NCBI GenBank assembly: GCA_963724555.1
Contig: CAVRVE010000002.1
Coordinates: forward strand, 4,879-68,878
Source: an uncultured Acidobacteriota bacterium
GTDB lineage: Bacteria > Acidobacteriota > Vicinamibacteria > Fen-336
Reading direction: 5' to 3'
Length of the DNA: 64,000 nucleotides
Positions within the stretch are counted from its first letter, which is position 1; the number at the start of each line of letters is the position of its first letter. Positions 19,081-28,657 of the stretch are shown one piece after another. The notes below the pieces were generated by a model, which was given only the letters and a program-made list of their open reading frames with translations, made no database searches and was not told the origin of the DNA. A program made the translations under genes and the position numbers.

Positions 19081-22024
19081 CTAGCGGAGGATCTTGAGCG
19101 ACAGCATGCCTTCGTGGCGGGTGGGCTGGCCGCTCTCGAAGGCCGCCGCGTAGCCGGCCGAGAGCGTGAGCTCGAGGCGTGACAGCAGCCCGAGCCGCAG
19201 GTCGATCTGGGCGCCGGCGTTGCCGATCGTGCGCCGGAGCGCGCCGTCGTCGGCGTTCGTGACGAGCACGCTCGTGAAGACCGCGGGCCGGAGCCACGTG
19301 AGGTAGAAGCTCGGCGTGCCGGCGCCGCGGAAGCGCAGCGGCGGCAGGTTCCACTCGGCCATCGCGCGCGCGTAGTTGGTGCCGCCGACCTCGTTGATCT
19401 CGAGGCCGGGGAAGGCGTCGGGCTCGCGGTAGCGCTTCTCCTCGCGGTGGTCGACCCAGTTGTTGCGGAAGCCGCCGAAGTAGAAGTTGGCGAAGGGCTC
19501 GTCGCGGTTGTCGCCCGGTCCCCAGCCGGCCGAGCCCCGGAGCCACACCGACGAGTGCGGGATCGGCAGCGCCAGGCCGAGGTCGAGGTCGCCGTAGAGC
19601 TTGGGGAACACGTCGCCCTTCACGCGGTCGCCCAGGAAGCCGAGCTCCCAGCCGAGCCCCTTCTCCTCGTCCACGTAGCCGAGCGAGTGGCGGTAGTCCT
19701 CGTAGCGGAGGCGCACGCGCGTCGCGAGCTCGTCGGTGAAGTTCGTGGGGATGTCCTGGTAGTCGGGCACGCGGTCGAGGTCGCCGTAGTAGGTGGCGCT
19801 CGCCTTGAGGTCGAGCCGGCGCGGCAGGTCGTAGACGAGGCTCCGGTTGTAGCCGAGGCCCACGGCCCAGCCCTTGAGGCTCGTCTTCGTCGGCCCGACG
19901 AGGTCGTAGAAGTCGGCGCCGTTCACCTGGAAGCCGAGCGTCCAGTCGTAGCGCTGGAGCTCGCCCTGCACGTGGTAGCGCTCGTTCTCGGGCAGGTCGC
20001 TGTCGGGGGTGTACGAAGCGGTGAGGCTCGCGCGGTTCAGGAACAGCGGGTCCGAGAAGTTCGCGCGCAGGCCGACCGCCGCGAACTCCTTGTAGCCCTG
20101 GACGACGGGATAGATCGACTCGAGGCGGATGCTCGGGACCGAGCTGTAGCGGCCCTGGCCCGTGGTGAGCGACTCGAGCGGCACGGCGCTGGGCGAGCCG
20201 AGCTTCCACTGCCGCACGATCTCGTGCTTCTCGGCGATCTGGGCGCCGAGGAACGTGATCTCCTTGACGTCCTCGAGCGGCGCCGCGTGGATGCGCGTCG
20301 GCACGAAGCCCTTGCCGGTGTAGCGGAAGACGACGAGCTCGTCCTCGCCGAGCGGGATCGGGCGGAAGAAGCCGGTCTCGGTGTTGCTGACGGCGTCGAG
20401 CTTTCCGCTCGCGAGGTCGTAGCGGAAGATGTTCGAGACGCCCGTGTAGTACGAGCTGCCGTACAGGTACTTGCCGTCGGGCGTGAAGACGAAGTTCGAC
20501 GGGATCGCGGCGCCGAAGTCGAACTGCGCGACGGCGGTCGCGTCTCCCTTGCGAAGCGTCTCGAGCTTCGCGATCCGCAGCGACTGGCGCCCGCTCGCGT
20601 CGCCGTGCGAGAAGGACACGAGGCTCGCGTCGGCCGACAGGTCGAGATCGTAGGCGACCTCGCCGTAGGGCCAGGTGTAGAGGCTCTGCCATTCCTTGTA
20701 GGGCGGAGCCACGCGGACGAGCGTCGCCAGGCCGTTCAAGGTGCGGATCCCGAAGAGCGCCTTCTCGGCGGGGGAGTAGACGAGCTCGCCGATGCGCGCG
20801 TCCTTCAAGAGCATCCGCGTCTCGCCGGTGTCGGGCGAGACGCTCAGCAGGTCGCGGAGCGCGTTGTTGTCGGAGGTGTAGAAGAGCGTGCGCGTGCCGG
20901 GATCCCAGGCGAGCGAGGTGACGGTGTAGATGCGCGGGCCCTTGATGTCCTGGATCTTGCGGACCCGGCCGTCCTCGGTCGAGATCGCGCCGATGTGCGA
21001 GACGATGCCCGGATAGTTGAGGCCGGCGTAGAGCGCCTTCTTGTCCGCGTCGTAGTAGGCCCGCGAGACCGAGCCGAGCCCCTGCGTCGAGATGTCGGTG
21101 TGCGGCGTGAGCGGGTAGCGTGCGGACGGCGTCGAGGTTCTTCTGCTGGAAGTCGTGCTCCCACGCGGTCCAGTCGCGCCAGGCGTCGCCGAGCGAGCGG
21201 CCGAACACGTGCTTGAACTGCGACGCGTAGTAGGCCTTCGTGCCCTTGCCGCGCCGGGCCCACTCGATCACCTGCTCGGGCGAGCGCTCGTAGGCGAGGT
21301 AGCTCAGGAAGCGCGTGCCGTAGAGGTACGAGTTCACCTCGGTCTGGAAGTCGACCTTCACGCCCTCGGAGACGAGCCCGAGCGGGTCGTAGAAACGCTG
21401 GTCGTCCTTCACCATCGCGCGGAACACCATCTCGTCGTAGGCGCCCTGGGCGCGGCCCTGGCCGCCCGCCATCCAGGTCTCGACGAAGACGGCGAGCCCC
21501 TCCTGGTACCAGCGCGGCGCCGCGGCCCGCGGCGCGGTCAGGTAGAAGTAGAGGATGCTCTCGGGCTGCTCCGGCACGGCCGAGACCTTGCCGCGGAAGA
21601 GGCCACGGAAGAAGCGCTCGCTGCCCGCCGCCTGGTCCACGGCCGTCACGTGGACGAGCTCGTGGTTCATCAGCCAGTTGATGCGCTCGTTCGCCACCAC
21701 CGTCTCGAAGGCGAAGCTGAGCGGCGCCATGTCGACCTTGACGAAGTTGCGCGGCACCGCCGTCGCCGCGGCGTTGCCGCTGTCGGCGAAGTCGTCGAGC
21801 AGCACGGTGACCGGCCCGCTCGGCGTGTAGGAGAAGAGCTTGCGGTGGAAGCCGAGCGCGTTCTCGAAGCAGCGCCCGGCGTGCGGCGTCACGTAGGTCA
21901 GCGCGGGGTCGAAGTAGATGAGGCGCAGGTCCTTGGTCTCGAGCTCCTTGAGCTGTGCGCGAGCGGGAGACACGAGGCCAGGGAGAAGGGCGAGCGTGAG
22001 ACCGGCAGCGGTGGCGCCTCGCAC
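19081..22024 (-). pseudogene. about 980-aa secreted protein: Peptidase_MA-like (HExxH) domain plus TolB-like beta-propeller plus Omp85-like C-terminal barrel; one apparent frameshift near 21115
   Basis: ORF 19004..22024 N-terminus has a signal peptide, NHELVHV ... WYQEGLAVFVE (gluzincin pattern). It continues in the frame of ORF 19081..20814 (upstream extension YPLTPHTDISTQGLGSVSRAYYDADKKALYAG...). Propeller-like repeats (FTPDGKYLYGSSYYTG). C-terminal part has FYFGGFRNNWVDH and GGTNYARAMAEWNLPPLRF, resembling Omp85 loop-6 and the following strand. Confidence 0.6.
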
Positions 22025-22123
22025 GGTGTGGCCTCCGGGGAGAAAAGACGAGAGGAGCGCCCCTTCCGGAACGCTCCTCTCGCGATCGCGGCCGGGCGCG
22101 GCGCCCGGTCCGGTGCAGCGGCT

Positions 22124-23234
22124 CTACTTCTTGTGCGCTTCGTCCTGCGCCTTGCCCTGCGCGGCGTCCGTCGCCTTCTCGAGCGCCGCTCCGGCCGCCG
22201 CCGCGGAGGCGGCATCGACCGCCGCGCCGAGGGCACCGCTCGTCGCCGCGTCGCGGAAGGCCGAGTCCGAGATCGCCTGCAGGAAGGCGGGGTCGCTGAC
22301 GGCCTTCGCGAAGCTCGCGTCGGTCAGGAGGCTCATGAAGGCCTGGTCCTTCATCGCCTGCTGGAACGCGCTGTTGCTGAGCAGCTGTGCGAACGACGCG
22401 TCGTGAGCCGCGTCCTGGACCAGCCTCTCGAGCCCCGCGTCCTGGATCGCCTTGCCGAGGGCGCTGTCGAGCGCCTTGGCCGACGCGCCGTCGAGCGCCT
22501 TCGCGGACGCGTTCTCGGCCGCCTTGGCGGCGGCCTGGTCGAACGCCTTCTCGACGGCGGCGTCCTGGAGCGCGGCGTCCACCGCGGCCGCGGCCGCGCT
22601 GTCGCTCGCGAGCCGGCCCATCAGCCCCGAGACCGCCTGCGCGTCGACCGCGCCGTCGAGCGCCCTGCCGAGCGCCGCGTCGCGCGACGCCAATGCCAGG
22701 AATGCCTGCACCTCGGCCGCCGCCATCGCCTTCTGGAAGTCCTTGCTCGTCAGGATGGCGCGCGTCTCGGGGTTCGTGACCAGCTTGCGGAAGCTGTCGC
22801 TCTGCAGCACCCGCTGGACCTCGGGGTTCTGGAGCAGGACGTCCTTGGCCGCGATCTGCTCGGACTGGTACTTCTTGGCCGCCCCCACGGTGGCGTCGGA
22901 TCCGGGGCCGACGGGTGGGAAGCCCTTCGCAACCCAGTAGCCGATCGCGACCATCGCCGCGGCCGCAATTCCCAGCAACAGCTTTCGGCTCGACATGCTC
23001 CCACCTCCACTCGGCTCGCGTCGCCTGTCCGGCGACCAGAATTCGGGGTTCTTGTCTCCCAGTACACGGGCGGGTCCAGAAAGTTGGGACGCCACCCGCG
23101 GCGCGCTCCCGCACGGAGCGCATCACGTTCTCGGCGAAGCCGATCGGCACGTCCAATCGCTCCGCCCCGTCGAGCGCCCGCAGCGCCCGCTCCTCGTCGG
23201 CGTCTTGCGCCACGTCGTCTCGCTCGTGGATCAC
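22124..23234 (-). pseudogene. putative anti-sigma factor: short cytoplasmic N-terminus, one TM helix, Ala-rich periplasmic repeat domain (apparent frameshift near 23095)
   Basis: GTG at 23234 overlaps the sigma-factor stop (GTGA). It reads VIHERDDVAQDADEERALRALDGAERLDVPIGFAENVMRSVRERAA and then has no stop in its frame. ORF 22124..23095 supplies the TM helix KLLLGIAAAAMVAIGYWV and repeats such as DASFAQLLSNSAFQQAMKDQAFMSLLTDASFAKAVSDPAFLQAISDSAF. If there are two genes, the second starts at ATG 22996. Confidence 0.5.
22461..22532. repeat. 3 x 24-bp imperfect tandem repeat inside the Ala-rich gene
   Basis: Units gcgctgtcgagcgccttggccgac, gcgccgtcgagcgccttcgcggac and gcgttctcggccgccttggcggcg. 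On the minus strand they encode AAKAAEN/ASAKALDG/ASAKALDS. Confidence 0.6.
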
Positions 23235-23770
23235 CTTGGACTCTCCGGCCCCAACATCCGCCCCAGCCGCTGGCGCGCCTCGTGCAGCCGCGACTTGACG
23301 GTCTTTTCGGCGAGACCCAGCGTCTCGCCGATCTCGGCATAGCTCAGCTCCGCGAAGTGGCGCAGCACGATCACCTCGCGGTCCTCGGCGCTCAGGCGCA
23401 GGAGCGCCGCCTGCACGCTGTCGCTGCGCTCGCGGGCGGCGAGCGCCTCCTCGATGCGGGCGACGTCGGGCAGGTCGCCCAGCAGCGGCGCGCTCGGGCG
23501 CCGGCGCTCGCGCGTGTTGAGGGCCTCGTTCACCACGATCCGGTAGATCCAGCTGAAGAAGCGGTAACGCGGATCGAAGGTCCCGAGCTTCTCGTAGGCC
23601 TTGACCAGGGCTCCCTGCGCGACGTCCCGGGCGTCTTCGCGGTCCCCCAGCAGCCGGTAGGCCGCGTTGAAGAGCACGCGCTGGTAGCGGGAGACGATCG
23701 ACTCGAACGCGTCGGGCTCTCCCCCGAGGCAGCGCGCGACCAGAGCTTCGTCGGGATCCCCATCGACCAT
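23231..23770 (-). CDS. ECF (group 4) RNA polymerase sigma factor
   Basis: Intact 179-aa ORF. Region 2: YQRVLFNAAYRLLGDREDARDVAQGALVKAY and FFSWIYRIVVNEALN. Region 4: REVIVLRHFAELSYAEIGETLGLAEKTVKSRLHEARQRL. Confidence 0.9.
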   Translation of the reverse strand: MVDGDPDEALVARCLGGEPDAFESIVSRYQRVLFNAAYRLLGDREDARDVAQGALVKAYEKLGTFDPRYRFFSWIYRIVVNEALNTRERRRPSAPLLGDLPDVARIEEALAARERSDSVQAALLRLSAEDREVIVLRHFAELSYAEIGETLGLAEKTVKSRLHEARQRLGRMLGPESPR

Positions 23771-23885
23771 AAATACAGCCGCGCTAGTGGGAAGTTGGAA
23801 GTCCGGCGGGACACTAGCACGAATCCTGCCACCGGGGGGGTATCATGCGCCCCGTCTTCGTCCTCGAACTGCCGAAGGAGGGCCG

Positions 23886-24332
23886 GTGAGCGCGGGGCAG
23901 ACCCGTCGGCTGAGCGTCCCGGCGACGGACGAGGGCATCAAGGCCGCCCTCGACGCGCTCGAGCGCCTCTGGGCCGAGCAGGGAGTGTCGCGGGCGGTCA
24001 CCTGGCCGGTCGAGGTGTCGCTCGACGAGGTGCTCGCGAACGTGGTCCATCACGGCCTCGAGGGACGCGGTGAGGCGGCGCAGGTCGAGCTCGAGCTTTC
24101 GTTCGAGCCGGGCGATCCGCCGCGCTGCGAGGTGCGGGTCGCGGACGACGGGCCCGCGTTCGATCCGCTCGCGGCCGCGGCACCCGACACGTCGCTCGGC
24201 GTCGACGAGCGGCCGATCGGAGGCCTCGGGATCGAGCTCGTGAAGCGGCTGATGGACGAGGTCCAGTACGAGCGGCGCGACGGGCGCAACCACCTGCGCC
24301 TCGTCCGGCGCCTGCTACCGATGGAGCACTGA
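23886..24332 (+). CDS. RsbW/SpoIIAB-type anti-sigma factor serine kinase (HATPase_c_2)
   Basis: In ORF 23787..24332. Likely GTG start at 23886 (VSAGQTRRL). Motifs LDEVLANVVHHG, VRVADDGPAFDP and GGLGIELVKRLMDEVQYERRDGRNHLRL. Confidence 0.8.
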   Translation: MSAGQTRRLSVPATDEGIKAALDALERLWAEQGVSRAVTWPVEVSLDEVLANVVHHGLEGRGEAAQVELELSFEPGDPPRCEVRVADDGPAFDPLAAAAPDTSLGVDERPIGGLGIELVKRLMDEVQYERRDGRNHLRLVRRLLPMEH

Positions 24333-24344
24333 GGTCAGGACAGC

Positions 24345-24695
24345 ATGGAGATCGGCGACGAGCAGGTCGGCGAGACGCGGGTGATCGCACCTCGGGGGCG
24401 TGTCGACTCGGTGAGCTCGGGCGAGCTCGAGCGGCACCTGATGGCGAGGCTCGACGGCGGAGCCCGGCGCGTGGTGATCGACCTCGCCGGCGTCGACTAC
24501 ATCAGCAGCGCCGGCCTGCGCGTGCTGCTGGTGGCCGCCAAGCGGCTCAAGCCGCCGCAGGGAGCGCTCGTGTTGTGCGGGCTCGGGCCGAGCGTCCGCA
24601 CCGTGCTGGAGCTCGCCGGCTTCATGAGCCTCTTCGCGGTCGAGCCGGGCCGCGAGCAGGCGCTCGCGCGAGCGTCGGGCAGCGGAGCACCGTGA
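24345..24695 (+). CDS. STAS-domain anti-sigma factor antagonist (RsbV/SpoIIAA-like)
   Basis: Intact 116-aa ORF. Motif VIDLAGVDYISSAGLRVLL with the conserved phosphorylatable Ser context. Confidence 0.85.
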   Translation: MEIGDEQVGETRVIAPRGRVDSVSSGELERHLMARLDGGARRVVIDLAGVDYISSAGLRVLLVAAKRLKPPQGALVLCGLGPSVRTVLELAGFMSLFAVEPGREQALARASGSGAP

Positions 24696-26374
24696 GCGCG
24701 CTCGTCCTCCACGTCCGCCCGCGCGACGGCGAGCCGTTCCGTCAGGAGCTCCAGGGCGATGCCGTGGTGCTTGGACGCTCCTCGAAGGCCGACGTGGTGC
24801 TGGCCGACCGCTTTCTTTCGCGTCAGCACGCGCGGCTCTTCCTGCGCGATGGCAGCTGGTTCCTCGAGGACCTCGGCTCGCGCAACACGACGTTCCTGAA
24901 CGACCGGCCGGTCGCGCAGGCGACGCCGGTCCGCGTCGGCGACGTGATCCGGCTCGCCGAGAGCCGGGTCGTCCTGGAGGGGCCGGGGGGCGCGCCCGCT
25001 TCGCCTTCGGCGGGAGACGGGCTCGTGGGCCGCGCCGACGAGCGGCTTCCCGACGGCACGCTCTTCCGCTCGGCGACCATGCTGTTCGCGGCTCCGGCCG
25101 TTCCCGGGGAGGATCCGGGCGGGCTCGCGGGGCGGCTGCGGTTCCTGAACGAGGTCCACCGCGCGCTCGCCGCGCCGATCACGCTCGAGCCGCTGCTCGA
25201 GCTGATCCTGGAGCGCGCCTTCGGCCAGCTGAAGCCGGAGGAGGGAGCCATCTTCCTGCGCGACGGCTCGGGTGCGCTCGCACGCGTCGCGATGCGGCGG
25301 GCGGCGGGCGTGACGGGCGAGCCGCTCTACTCGCGGGCACTCGCGCGCGAGGTGACCGAGAAGGGCGTCGCGGCGCTCGTGACCGACGCGAGCGAGGACG
25401 CCCGCTTCGCGAAGGCCGAGAGCATCGTGTCCTCGGGCGTCCGCAGCCTGGTGGCGGCGCCGCTGCTCGACAGCGAGGGCTGCCTCGGCATGATCGTGCT
25501 GAGCGCGAAAGGCCGCGTCCACATCTTCGACGAGAACGACATGGAGCTGCTCGCCGCGATCGCCTCGGCCGCCGCGATGCGCATCCGCAGCCTCCGCTTC
25601 GCGGAGGACGCCGCCGAGCGCCGGCTGCTCGACCGCGAGCTCGACCTCGCGCACGACATCCAGATGGCGATGCTGCCGCGCTCGTTCCCCGAGGCGCCCG
25701 GCCTGGACGTGAGCGCCGTGCTGCGGCCGGCGCGCTCGGTGGGGGGCGATCTCTACGACGTGATGGCCGTCGGCGGAGGGATCTGGCTGCTGGTGGGCGA
25801 CGTGTCGGGCAAGGGCGTCGGCGCCGCGCTCTTCATGGCCGTGACGAAGACGCTCTTCCGCGCGATCGCGCCGGCGTCGGCCTCCGTCGCCGAGGCGGTC
25901 GCGCGCGTGAACCAGGAGCTCGTGCGCGACAACGAGCGCGCCATGTTCGTGACCGCGTTCGCCGCACGCCTGGACCTCGCCACCGGCGAGCTCGAGTACG
26001 TGAACGCCGGCCACAACCCGACCTACCGGGTGGCGGCGCGCGGCGGCGTCGCGCCGCTGCCGGGGCTGATCGACCCGGCGCTCGGCGCGGTGGAGGGCCA
26101 CGAGTACCGCGCGCACCGGCTGCGGCTCGAGCCGCGGGACGCGCTCGTGCTCTACACCGACGGTGTCGTGGAGGCGAGGAGCGGCGCGGACGAGGAGTTC
26201 CACACGCTGCGGCTCGAGGGCTATCTCGCGAGCTGCCGCGACGTCCCCGCGGAGCGGATCGTCCAGGGGCTGCTCGATCGCGTCGAGGAGTTCGCGGGCG
26301 ACGCACCGCAGTACGACGACATCACCATCCTGGCGCTGCGCTGGCTGGGCGCCGGGAGCCAGGAGGAAGCATGA
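24692..26374 (+). CDS. FHA - GAF - PP2C (SpoIIE/RsbU-type) serine phosphatase
   Basis: GTG 24692 overlaps the STAS stop (GTGA). FHA: VVLGRSSKADVVLADRFLSRQHARLFLRDGSWFLEDLGSRNTTFLNDRPV. GAF-like middle region. PP2C: AHDIQMAMLP, GGDLYDV, LLVGDVSGKGVGAALFMAV, VNAGHNP and LVLYTDGVVEA. Intact, about 560 aa. Confidence 0.85.
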   Translation: MSALVLHVRPRDGEPFRQELQGDAVVLGRSSKADVVLADRFLSRQHARLFLRDGSWFLEDLGSRNTTFLNDRPVAQATPVRVGDVIRLAESRVVLEGPGGAPASPSAGDGLVGRADERLPDGTLFRSATMLFAAPAVPGEDPGGLAGRLRFLNEVHRALAAPITLEPLLELILERAFGQLKPEEGAIFLRDGSGALARVAMRRAAGVTGEPLYSRALAREVTEKGVAALVTDASEDARFAKAESIVSSGVRSLVAAPLLDSEGCLGMIVLSAKGRVHIFDENDMELLAAIASAAAMRIRSLRFAEDAAERRLLDRELDLAHDIQMAMLPRSFPEAPGLDVSAVLRPARSVGGDLYDVMAVGGGIWLLVGDVSGKGVGAALFMAVTKTLFRAIAPASASVAEAVARVNQELVRDNERAMFVTAFAARLDLATGELEYVNAGHNPTYRVAARGGVAPLPGLIDPALGAVEGHEYRAHRLRLEPRDALVLYTDGVVEARSGADEEFHTLRLEGYLASCRDVPAERIVQGLLDRVEEFAGDAPQYDDITILALRWLGAGSQEEA

Positions 26375-28603
26375 GCGACACGATCGGCGGACAGGCGCGA
26401 CTTTCGCCCTGGTGGCGGCACGCGACGATCCTCGTGATGATCGCGGGGTTCTCGCTGCTGTCGCTCGTGACGGTGCTGACCTACACCAACGCGCCCCCGA
26501 TCCCCGGACGCGTGACGGATGCCTCTGGCGCGACGCTCGTCGACCGGCAGGCGATCCTCCGCGGCCAGGAGGTCTTCCTCAAGTACGGCCTCATGGAGCA
26601 CGGGACGCTCTGGGGACACGGCGCCTACCTCGGGCCCGACTACACCGCCGAGTACCTGCACCGCCTGGCCGAGATCTGCGGCGACGGCGAGGCCGCGAGC
26701 TCGCGCTCAAGCAGAACCGCTACGACGCGGCGAGCGACACGCTCGCCTTCACGGCGTGCGAGGCGGCGTCGCTGCGGGCACAGCAGGGCGAGTGGGGAGA
26801 GTACTTCCGCGGGAAAACGCCGGCGCCGGGACTGCCGGCCGGGTACATCAGGGACTCGGCCGAGCTCGAGGACCTCGTCGCCTACTTCGCCTGGGCGACC
26901 TGGGCGACGGTCGCCAACCGCCCCGGCAAGGACTACTCGTACACGAACAACTGGCCCTACGAGCCGCTGGTCGGCAACCGGCCCACGCAGCTCGACGTAC
27001 CTCTGGAGCGCGCTGAGCCTGATCACGCTGCTCGGCGGCATCGGCACGATCCTCTTCTGCTTCGGCAAGTTCGACTACCTCGGCTGGGGCGGCGACGGGA
27101 CGCCCGCGCACTACCACGACGCCGCGATCAGCGGCTGGAAGCTGACCCCGAGCCAGTGGGGCGACGGGGAAGTACTTCGTCGTCGTGGCGGCGCTCTTCC
27201 TGCTGCAGGCGCTGGCCGGCGGCGCGCTCGCGCACTATCGCGTCGAGCCCGGGTCCTTCTACGGGATCGACATCGCGTCGTTACTGCCCTACAACCTGCT
27301 CCGCACCTGGCACCTCCAGCTCGCGATCTTCTGGATCGCCACCGCCTGGGTGGCGGGCGGGCTGTTCCTGGCCCCGCTCGTGGGACGTCACGAGCCGAAG
27401 GGGCAGCGCCTGGGCGCGAACGTCCTGTTCGTCGCGCTGGTCGTGGTCGTGCTCGGAAGCCTGCTCGGCGAAGCGCTCGGGATCAACGACCGGCTCGGCG
27501 AGCTGTGGTTCTGGCTCGGCCACCAGGGCTCGGAGTACCTGGACCTCGGGCGGCTCTGGCAGCTGCTGCTCGCGGCGGGGCTCGTGCTCTGGCTCGTGCT
27601 CATGTTCCGGGCGCTGCGGCCGGCGATGAGGGCGGCCGGGCGCTCCGAGCTCGCGTCGCTCTTCCTCTACTCCGCCGTGGCGATCCCGATCTTCTACCTG
27701 CCGGCGCTCTTCTACGGCCCCCACACCAACTTCGCCGTGATCGACAACTGGCGCTTCTGGATCATCCACCTCTGGGTCGAAGGCTTCTTCGAGCTGTTCG
27801 CGACGGTGCTGGTGGCGCACGATGTTCCACCAGATGGGGCTCGTCAGCGTGACGACGGCGACGCGCGTCGTCTACCTCGACGCCATCCTGTACCTCGGCG
27901 CCGGCATCGTCGGCACCGGGCACCACTGGTACTTCACCGGCCAGGGGACGCTCAACATGGGGCTGGCTTCGGCCTTCTCGGCGATGGAGGTGGTGCCGCT
28001 GACGCTCTTGACCCTCGACGCCTGGGACTTCGTGAAGATCAAGGACCGTCCGTGCGCCGATTGCGGCTCGCAGTTCGCGGGCGGGCAGATGTGGGCGATC
28101 TACTTCCTGATGGCGGTGGGCTTCTGGAACTTCGTCGGGGCCGGCGTCTTCGGGTTCCTGATCAACCTGCCGATCGTGTCGTACTTCGAGGTCGGCACGC
28201 TGCTCACCAGCAACCACGGCCACGCCGCGATGTTCGGCGTCTTCGGCATGCTGGCGCTCGCCGTGCTCGTGTTCTGCCTGCGCGCGATGCAGACGGACGC
28301 GGTGTGGCTGCGCACCGTCAAGCTGGTGCGCTTCGGGTTCTGGGGCCTGAACGCGGGCTCGCGCTCATGGTCGTGAGCGACCTCTTCCCGGGCGGAGTGC
28401 TGCAGCTCTGGGACTCGCTGAGCCACGGCTATTGGCACGCTCGCCGTCTGAGCTATCTGATGGGCGGGACCTTCCACCTGCTCGAGTGGGTGCGGATCTT
28501 CGCCGACTCGGTCTTCCTGCTGTTCGGAGTCGTCCCGATCCTGATGGCGGCGCTCTTCTCCTTCACCAGGCGGGACGCGCCGCACGCCGAGCCCGGCGTG
28601 TAG
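26371..28603 (+). pseudogene. norZ: quinol-dependent nitric oxide reductase (qNOR, NorZ/NorB long form), frame-disrupted (about 5 shifts)
   Basis: ATG 26371 overlaps the phosphatase stop (ATGA), with AGGAGG 6 nt upstream. Motifs GQEVFLKYGLMEHGTLWGHGAYLGPDYTAEYLH, WHLQLAIFWIATAW, FWIIHLWVEGFFELFATV, GTGHHWYFTG and TSNHGHAAMFGVFGMLA. Pieces in ORFs 26371.., 26163.., 27185.., 27822... Confidence 0.8.
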
Positions 28604-28657
28604 GCGATCGCCCTCGCGCCGCGCGGTGCCGAAGTCGAGGAGCGCGCCCGTCAAGCG

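Noticed and set aside
23783-23819. Inverted repeat GCTAGTG-N23-CACTAGC and tandem GGAAGT(T)GGAAGT in the sigma/rsbW intergenic region, considered as an ECF promoter or operator.
   Set aside because: The arms are short with a long loop. I found no convincing GGAAC-N16/17-CGTC-type ECF promoter on either strand, so this is not distinguishable from chance without data.
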